A stretch of DNA of 64,000 nucleotides from Amoebophrya sp. A120. Taxonomy: Eukaryota > Protista > Dinoflagellata. How positions within the stretch are numbered: the stretch's first letter is position 1; each line of letters starts with the position of its first letter. Location: contig CAJINV010000009.1 of assembly GCA_905178155.1 (NCBI GenBank), forward strand, positions 496,001 to 560,000, given 5' to 3'. The notes beneath the pieces are model-generated. The model had not been told where the DNA came from, did no database searches, and was given only the letters and a program-made list of their open reading frames with translations. This document shows positions 57,628 to 64,000 of the stretch, piece by piece. A program made the position numbers and the translations under genes.

Positions 57628-59847
57628 ACAGACATGCATCAGCATCGGAAGAAATATGCATTTATGTATGTATGAGTACGACGAGTAGACCAAGGCCAAC
57701 GAAAATGAACATTTTTTTTGATATACGAACCTCGAACCCAAAACCCGCCGCACGTCCCCCCCAAGTGCAGTATAAATGATGATGATCATGATGTAGTAGG
57801 ATATAAAATTGCGCAAAGAACAACTTCCCAAAACCTAATGTACGATCACAGACAAGTGTCAGTTTCAATAAACAAGCTTGACTTCGTCAGTATCCTGGTC
57901 CTTTTTATTTTTGTTTCATCACGGAAAAGATTCAGATAGGGTCACATTCTGCTAGCCAAGGAAGACACTTACCTTTCTCAGCAAATGAAGCGACATGTAT
58001 CTTCGCTTCAGCCCCCGGGGCCGGATAAGAATTCATGATGTTCCGCTCTCTCAATGAATAGTGAGTGCGAGGTCTTCGTGATTGGTCGGAATTTCTATTG
58101 AAAGTGAGGTAAGCAGAGAGGTTGTGGCGCTAGCTTGTATTTCAACCCCGCCTTGCCGAGAGATTGCGAAGCTAGCCTTTCCCTCTTCCCTACGTATTCG
58201 TATGTCCCGTGCGTGGACGAATACGGACGGAAATCGAATAAATGTATTGGAGTACAGCTATTAGAAGCATCTCTTGTGTTGATCTCGCCGTTGAAGTTGA
58301 TATTGAGAGAGTAGAAGACAGCAACATGGAGCGCCCTGCTTGACGTGTGCGCGTTCCGGTCAACGGGCAACAAGACGTGCCTCTTTTGGTGGCGCTTGCG
58401 ATTTACCAGTGAGCCCCTCGCGAGTGGTGTGGCGGCTCTTACCGTTACCAGTCAGCGGCCCGCCGCGATAAACATAGCGAACGACAAAAGATACACCTAT
58501 ACGGGGGCCGCAGGTACAAAAAGAAGCGGCGACCGGCAGGCGCGGGCTCGCTCGCTGACTGGTGACGACCGACAGCATAAGTAAGAAGCGCGCGCGCGCG
58601 CTGGATCTTGTTGCCCGGGCCGCGCGCTTCTTTTCGCACGCCCGCCCGGGCACCTTGTGGGGCTTCGTTTCAGCCCTGCGCTCCTGGCACGGCCGTGCAA
58701 AGGCGCGCGGCCGGCGCCCCTCGGGGCCTCTTCTTCCGCGGCCGGCCGCTGCTCGGGAGCGCCCCCTCCCCTTCAGGTGCGTGCGTGTGTGGCCGCTGAG
58801 ACGCACGCCGCCCGACTCTTCGTCTTTCTTTCTTTGATGCCTGTTAGGGTTTGGCGCTGCGTCGGAACTGGAACCGGAAGGCCCCACCCGCTCGCGCACC
58901 AGGCGCAGCCGCCGATCGGTGTTGCAATTCATTGGCAGCTGAGGCCTTTCTGTTGAACTCGTTCCGTTCAATCCCGTGGCGCGCGCTCCGTTGCATGAGT
59001 ATGGTGGTCTTCGCCGCCATGACGTCTATGACGAACAAACTGCACTACATCTGGACCGGGTGTTTCCTATTTCTTGAAATGGCCGATCGAATTGCAGTCG
59101 AATCTGTGTGCTCGTACTGTGTAACCGGTGCTCCCGATGTCAACGTGGTTTGGTTCCTTCGATAACGATATTGAGGACTTCGCTTTTTGCACAGCATCGA
59201 TTCCACGTCGGCCATGTTCTTGCAGTAAGCAGTGCTTCTGCAGCCATGAAATAGAAATTCCCGCGTCGACTTCTACTGTGACTGACTGTATTGCGCCACG
59301 ACAAAGGTCAGACATTGAAAGTTTCATAGTAGAATGCGATGAAGTTGTGCAGGTCGTGAAGCAAGCGGTCGGGTTCTTGTATCGTTCAGGCTCGTGTCGT
59401 TAGAGAAGTCGTGTTTGTGTCCTGCTTGTGTGAAGGGGCCATCGTAGTTCGTTTCGCTGCAGGAACAGTCCCAGTCGCCATCGATCTCATTGAATAAGAG
59501 CGATAGTTAGAAGTAGAGATGAGCACCGCTTTTGCTGTAAATACAGACGCGTCCTTTTTCATCTCCATTTTCGTCGTGAAAAGCAAAGCTTGAAATGATC
59601 GAAATCTTCGCTGCGCAAGGCGTGTTGCAGCCAGTATGAGGTGCCCGCGTGGGTGGCTTCATCGTGATTGTTTTAAGTAGCAAATTTAATGAGCTACTCC
59701 ACACTTTGTCTCAGTCGTAGTTGTAACTCGAATATTCGATAGTGCTAGTGGTCCTCGTGTTGAACAAGAGCACGAAACCGCGCGCTTTCGTCTCCTCACA
59801 TCAAGGAGACGCGTCTGCACGACCCTATTTCGACTTCGCTAAAATAA

Positions 59848-61356
59848 ATGTCGGCAGCTGCAGCACTCTTTCGTGTGTGCGTTCTTGCTCGCGCTTTTTT
59901 TCTAGCCGAGTCTCTGCACGACCCGGCACGAGAAGCGGACCGCAGTACTTCGTTGTCCAAAACACGAGAGGCACCAAAAGGATCGACACAAGCGGACACC
60001 GGAAACGCGCATACCGCGCTAGCCGCAAAGAGCATCGGTCAGGAGATAAATGGCCAAGGATCGACAAGTGTGATCGCTGATGACGCAGTGGCAATTGCCA
60101 CAGTCCCAATCCCGATTGCAGCTCCTCCCCTGCCTTCGGCTCCATCAGAGAACCTTACTCCAGCTGCAGCAAGAGCAACGTCGAATCTAGTCATTCCAGG
60201 TTCTAACGGTGCGAGTGGGACTACATCTATGGCACGGGGTTCCGTGGCGCCGAAGGTGAGGACGGATCCGGATGGTGTTGTGAAGACGAGCGACGCCGCC
60301 ACGTCAGCACGGAACGAGAATGACAATATCAATACCCGCCGCCAGCGTTCAAGGCCAGATGATCGCGACCATCGAGCCTTGGAGAAATCCGAAACTCAAC
60401 CACCTGTAAAAGTGACTGCTTCACTGCAGAGCGCTGGCGGTCCTGCTCCCTCGCCTTCACAGAACAAAGCGCAGCACGAGAAACGATCAGACCAGGACGG
60501 CTCTCATCCACCGCGCCCTGCGAGCGGAACGCGGACACATCCTCCCGCCGAAGGTCAAATCCGAACTTCGCGCGACAGTGGGGAAGGAGCCACGGTCTCT
60601 CACATCCGCCAAAAGCAAAACCCAGCCGTTGCAGCATTACCAAACAACAAACAGCAGAATCGCGCAGGAGCGAAGGACATCAACCACTCATCGTCGTACC
60701 ACCCGACCAAACCCCCTACTCAGCCACAAGTAGACCTCCACCAGCTTGAGTCCGAAGTGATGGACCCGGAGGTGGAAGAAGCCAGGCACCTCACGACGGC
60801 AGCTCCGTTCCGAGCCTCTTCTGCTGGTACTAAAGAGAGCCCGCAGACTGACGCTCCAACCACGACGAATCCATGGACGAAAATTACTACTTCGAGTAAC
60901 AATTACACCAGCGCGTCGTCCTACCTGGTCGAAGAAATCGTCCAGCAGTCGTACACCATGGAGGATCAGTTGAACGCAATCGCGTTTTCTCCGCACAACT
61001 TTGTCCTGAAGGGCATTCTGCGCTTCTGCACGGCGGTTTTGCTGGTGTTTTTCCTGCTCGCGTGTCTGTCCTGCACGATTTCGCAGTGCGGCCCGTGCTT
61101 CAAGCGCAACAAGTCTGCGGGACACAAGATGCTCAAGGAATTTTTCAAAACGCGGGCGGACCTTGAACGGGAGGCACGGCAGGCCAAGGCCAGGAGACGG
61201 GCGTCCGCGCTCCGGGCGTGGGACCGGTTGCTGCCGGGGGTGATCGTCAATCGCGACCACCCGGCCGAGGATGAGGATCAGGTGTTCGTCGCATCGCTGC
61301 CAGCTGGGGAGCAGTCGGCGCTGATCCAGGATCTGAATTTGAGTTTGGATGTATGA
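59848..61356 (+). CDS. Mucin-like single-pass (type I) membrane protein
   Basis: 502-aa ORF with N-terminal hydrophobic signal, Ser/Thr/Pro/Ala-rich region, TM segment ILRFCTAVLLVFFLLACLSC, a Cys-rich juxtamembrane stretch and a basic cytosolic tail. Confidence 0.8.
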   Translation: MSAAAALFRVCVLARAFFLAESLHDPAREADRSTSLSKTREAPKGSTQADTGNAHTALAAKSIGQEINGQGSTSVIADDAVAIATVPIPIAAPPLPSAPSENLTPAAARATSNLVIPGSNGASGTTSMARGSVAPKVRTDPDGVVKTSDAATSARNENDNINTRRQRSRPDDRDHRALEKSETQPPVKVTASLQSAGGPAPSPSQNKAQHEKRSDQDGSHPPRPASGTRTHPPAEGQIRTSRDSGEGATVSHIRQKQNPAVAALPNNKQQNRAGAKDINHSSSYHPTKPPTQPQVDLHQLESEVMDPEVEEARHLTTAAPFRASSAGTKESPQTDAPTTTNPWTKITTSSNNYTSASSYLVEEIVQQSYTMEDQLNAIAFSPHNFVLKGILRFCTAVLLVFFLLACLSCTISQCGPCFKRNKSAGHKMLKEFFKTRADLEREARQAKARRRASALRAWDRLLPGVIVNRDHPAEDEDQVFVASLPAGEQSALIQDLNLSLDV

Positions 61357-64000
61357 TAAAAAAAGTCGTGGAAAGATTTTTAAGCGAATCAATTCGAGCT
61401 CGCCAACGACGAATAAAAAAGATCTACTTGATTGTTTTTGTAACACTCGGAAATCAGACCTACTAGCTACTACTCAGTATGACTACCTTGTATAAAAACC
61501 TCTTCACATCATGCACTCCTGTCACTCATTGCATGTACAATTGCAGGAGAAACTGTATCTGTAATGATGAATGCCACGAAAGCAATATAGCGAAATAAAA
61601 CTTTTCCTTCTTCCCGGCTGTGCCTGAAACACTTTGTAATCTTTCGTATAGGCGTGCTCACGCCTGAAGAACATTAAACGTCGTCCTTTGTAGTTAGATT
61701 AGAGGGCTGCACGACAGACTAAGTAACCGAACCCACTGTCCACCCGACGTTTTGTAGATGAAGACCAAGAACAAAAAAAAAGTAACTGTAACGTAGTTTG
61801 CAATGAGAATGAGTTCGTCGTCCTCGGTTACCTGCTGAAACTTTGTGTGAAAAAAAGAATGAATGCACATGTTTTGTCTTTGTGTTGTCCTGTTCTTGCG
61901 CTCTACACCTAAGCGCAAGTACCACAAATACAAGAAGCTTGAGATAATGGCATATCGGGCCAGCTGCACTGTCATGGATTGCGTTAGAGAGAAGATGCGA
62001 GGACGGAGCGTTTCACTTCCATTTGGCTAAACAGAGAGATCAGTTAGTCTTCCAATGAGGGCATCAGATCTAGTAGATCAGTTCAGCGGATCTCATATTT
62101 ATAAAGCTATAGTCTGTGCGTGAGCGGAGCTCGGAACTCACCCAGAAGAAGAAGATGATGATCAGAGTGAGAGACGTTCCAGTCTTCTGAGCAGAGTGCC
62201 TGACCGTGGTATTGTTGTTGCACTTTTTCCGTTATATTCAGACAAACTCAATGTCAATAGTTAGAAATTAGTAGCAGGCTGCGCTCTGATTTCAGTCATT
62301 TGCGCAGCTCGTCTTAGAATTTTGCGTGGTCGTAAGCATGTAACATGCGTGGCTGCTGCGTTTGTCGAACCCGCTTCGGTTATCTATGGACGTAGAGCAT
62401 TGACGCTATTGCTTGCGTTTTTGCTTCATTTCGAGCCCTACGCGACCAACAAACCCGCACGAACGAAACCGGGCCGATGCTGGGGAAATCTGCGCAGTGT
62501 GGAGCCGATGAGCGTGTCGCGTTTGTTTCTAACCTGGTCGAACACGCTGGCAGCGCTTGCTGGGTGCCTGCGACTACACGGCGCGCAGAGCTTGGTCTTG
62601 GCGTTTGTAGTATTTCGCCGGGCTGCCCCAATACTTGGCGCGCCGTCTGGCGGACTCGTGACGCACGAAGTTGCCCGGGCCGACTACACTCGCAGAGCAG
62701 TCTGCCGCCAACGAGAGCAGCCTGACCAAGCGACCCCGTCCGCCGGCCTTTCGTTGGCGCGCCTGCGAGGCGGCGGGCGAGGCGCCGGGCCTGAGCCTGG
62801 GGCCGATGCTCCCCCGCCCCCTCTGCCTCCCTCGCGCGAGCTTGCGCGACGCCCCGACGCGTGTGTCGGGGCATGCGGCCCGTGCGGGCGGTGGAGTGCT
62901 TCACCGCCCCGGCGGCTTCAGAGGGCGCGGCCCGCTCGGCCGCGCGCAGCGCCCCTGCCTCCGTTCTGGATGCCCAGCATCTGAATCCATGTGCCTCTGG
63001 TCGTCAGCCCCCCTCCTTAGTCTGCTGGTCGGCCCGGTGCTTGTTTTGGGTAGGTACCCTTGCAACCCGCCCGGGCGGGGCTGACGCGATGATGTGCGTT
63101 TGCATTTGAGCAGGCCTTCCCCCTCTTGGCGCCGAGCCACACTCGTGCCTGTCAGGCCGCCATCCGCTAAGCTCATGTGGTTGGTGTTGATGCTGTCAGT
63201 CTTTCTGGGTCAGTAAGTATTCATATCCACTTACACTCACTTTGGTTGTGAAATAATAAAGCGAGAAGAGCCTGCAACAAGGTGACGCCCGCGTGGCGTA
63301 CAGCTCGTGGTTTCTGCCACAATTGCGGAAAGGACCCTCGTAAGAGGTCGCGGACATATTTTTGGTGTGTTTATCTCAAAGAGAAAGAGTTGCTTCTGAG
63401 TTGCATGAGCAAAACTACAGCAAGAAGCGCAAAATAGAGTGACGGAGCAGAAACTTTAGGCCTAGTCCCCTCCAAGTTCCACTAAACTCCGTCGGTTGAC
63501 AGCCTTACATCAATCGGTAAATTTGTGCTGTGTGTGTGACGATATGTCCAAGATGTCCGAGAGTAATTCTATGCAAAACCACACATGCAATTATCTCCGT
63601 CCACGACCACGTTCATCAATCATCATGAGGGACTGAGTGTGGATGGGCTTTTTGATGGCGTTTTCCGTTTTCCTTTTGAATGAGTTTTGCATGATTGTTG
63701 TTGCTCCAGATGCGCACCAACGCCTTACGTTTCCTTGGGCAGATCTCGTTACCGGATCGTGTGACACATGTTCAATCTAATATCTACTTGTCGGAAGTTT
63801 TAGTTTTATTGAGAATAAAGAGGCCGCGTCGCCCACACATCAATCCCTATCGTGCTAAAGATCAGGAAGGAGGAGCTCCTGCCGTCGCGGTTGTCGTTCC
63901 CTGTTTCTTCAGTTTCTAAGTAATATTGCTTGGGTACAAAATGGCTTCTGCTTGTCGTCTCCGTCGCAAACTTCGTTCATCATGCTTCTAAATGTTACTG

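Noticed and set aside
62395-63445. Loose inverted similarity around the last GC island
   Set aside because: Needs gaps to align and no TSD was found.

Overview
Eukaryotic genomic DNA that looks like an early-branching dinoflagellate parasite (Amoebophrya/Syndiniales-like; inferred from gene architecture, not from a marker gene). About 12 protein-coding genes all lie on the + strand. Only one is firmly identifiable: a polycystin-2/PKD2 (TRPP) channel that I reassembled from 11 exons (29254-35175, 858 aa). Main signal: four MITE-like elements sit inside coding sequence, three in PKD2 and one in the next gene. All have TAT...ATA termini, 30-48 bp terminal inverted repeats and 5-bp target-site duplications, and removing the element plus one TSD copy restores the reading frame exactly without GT-AG, i.e. 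non-canonical introner elements. Three of these otherwise unrelated elements, plus one canonical intron, share the internal 10-mer TCTGTCATGC, and two cases suggest conversion of introners into GT-AG introns. The window also holds a 1.38-kb non-autonomous Mutator-like element with a perfect 9-bp TSD, a three-member family of probably secreted proteins (family A), a tandem array of five highly diverged paralogs sharing eight motif blocks (family B), a ~2900-aa Trp/Ser-rich protein, a probable ARM-repeat protein and a mucin-like membrane protein. All splice models and alignments were made by eye and need RNA-seq or HMM confirmation.
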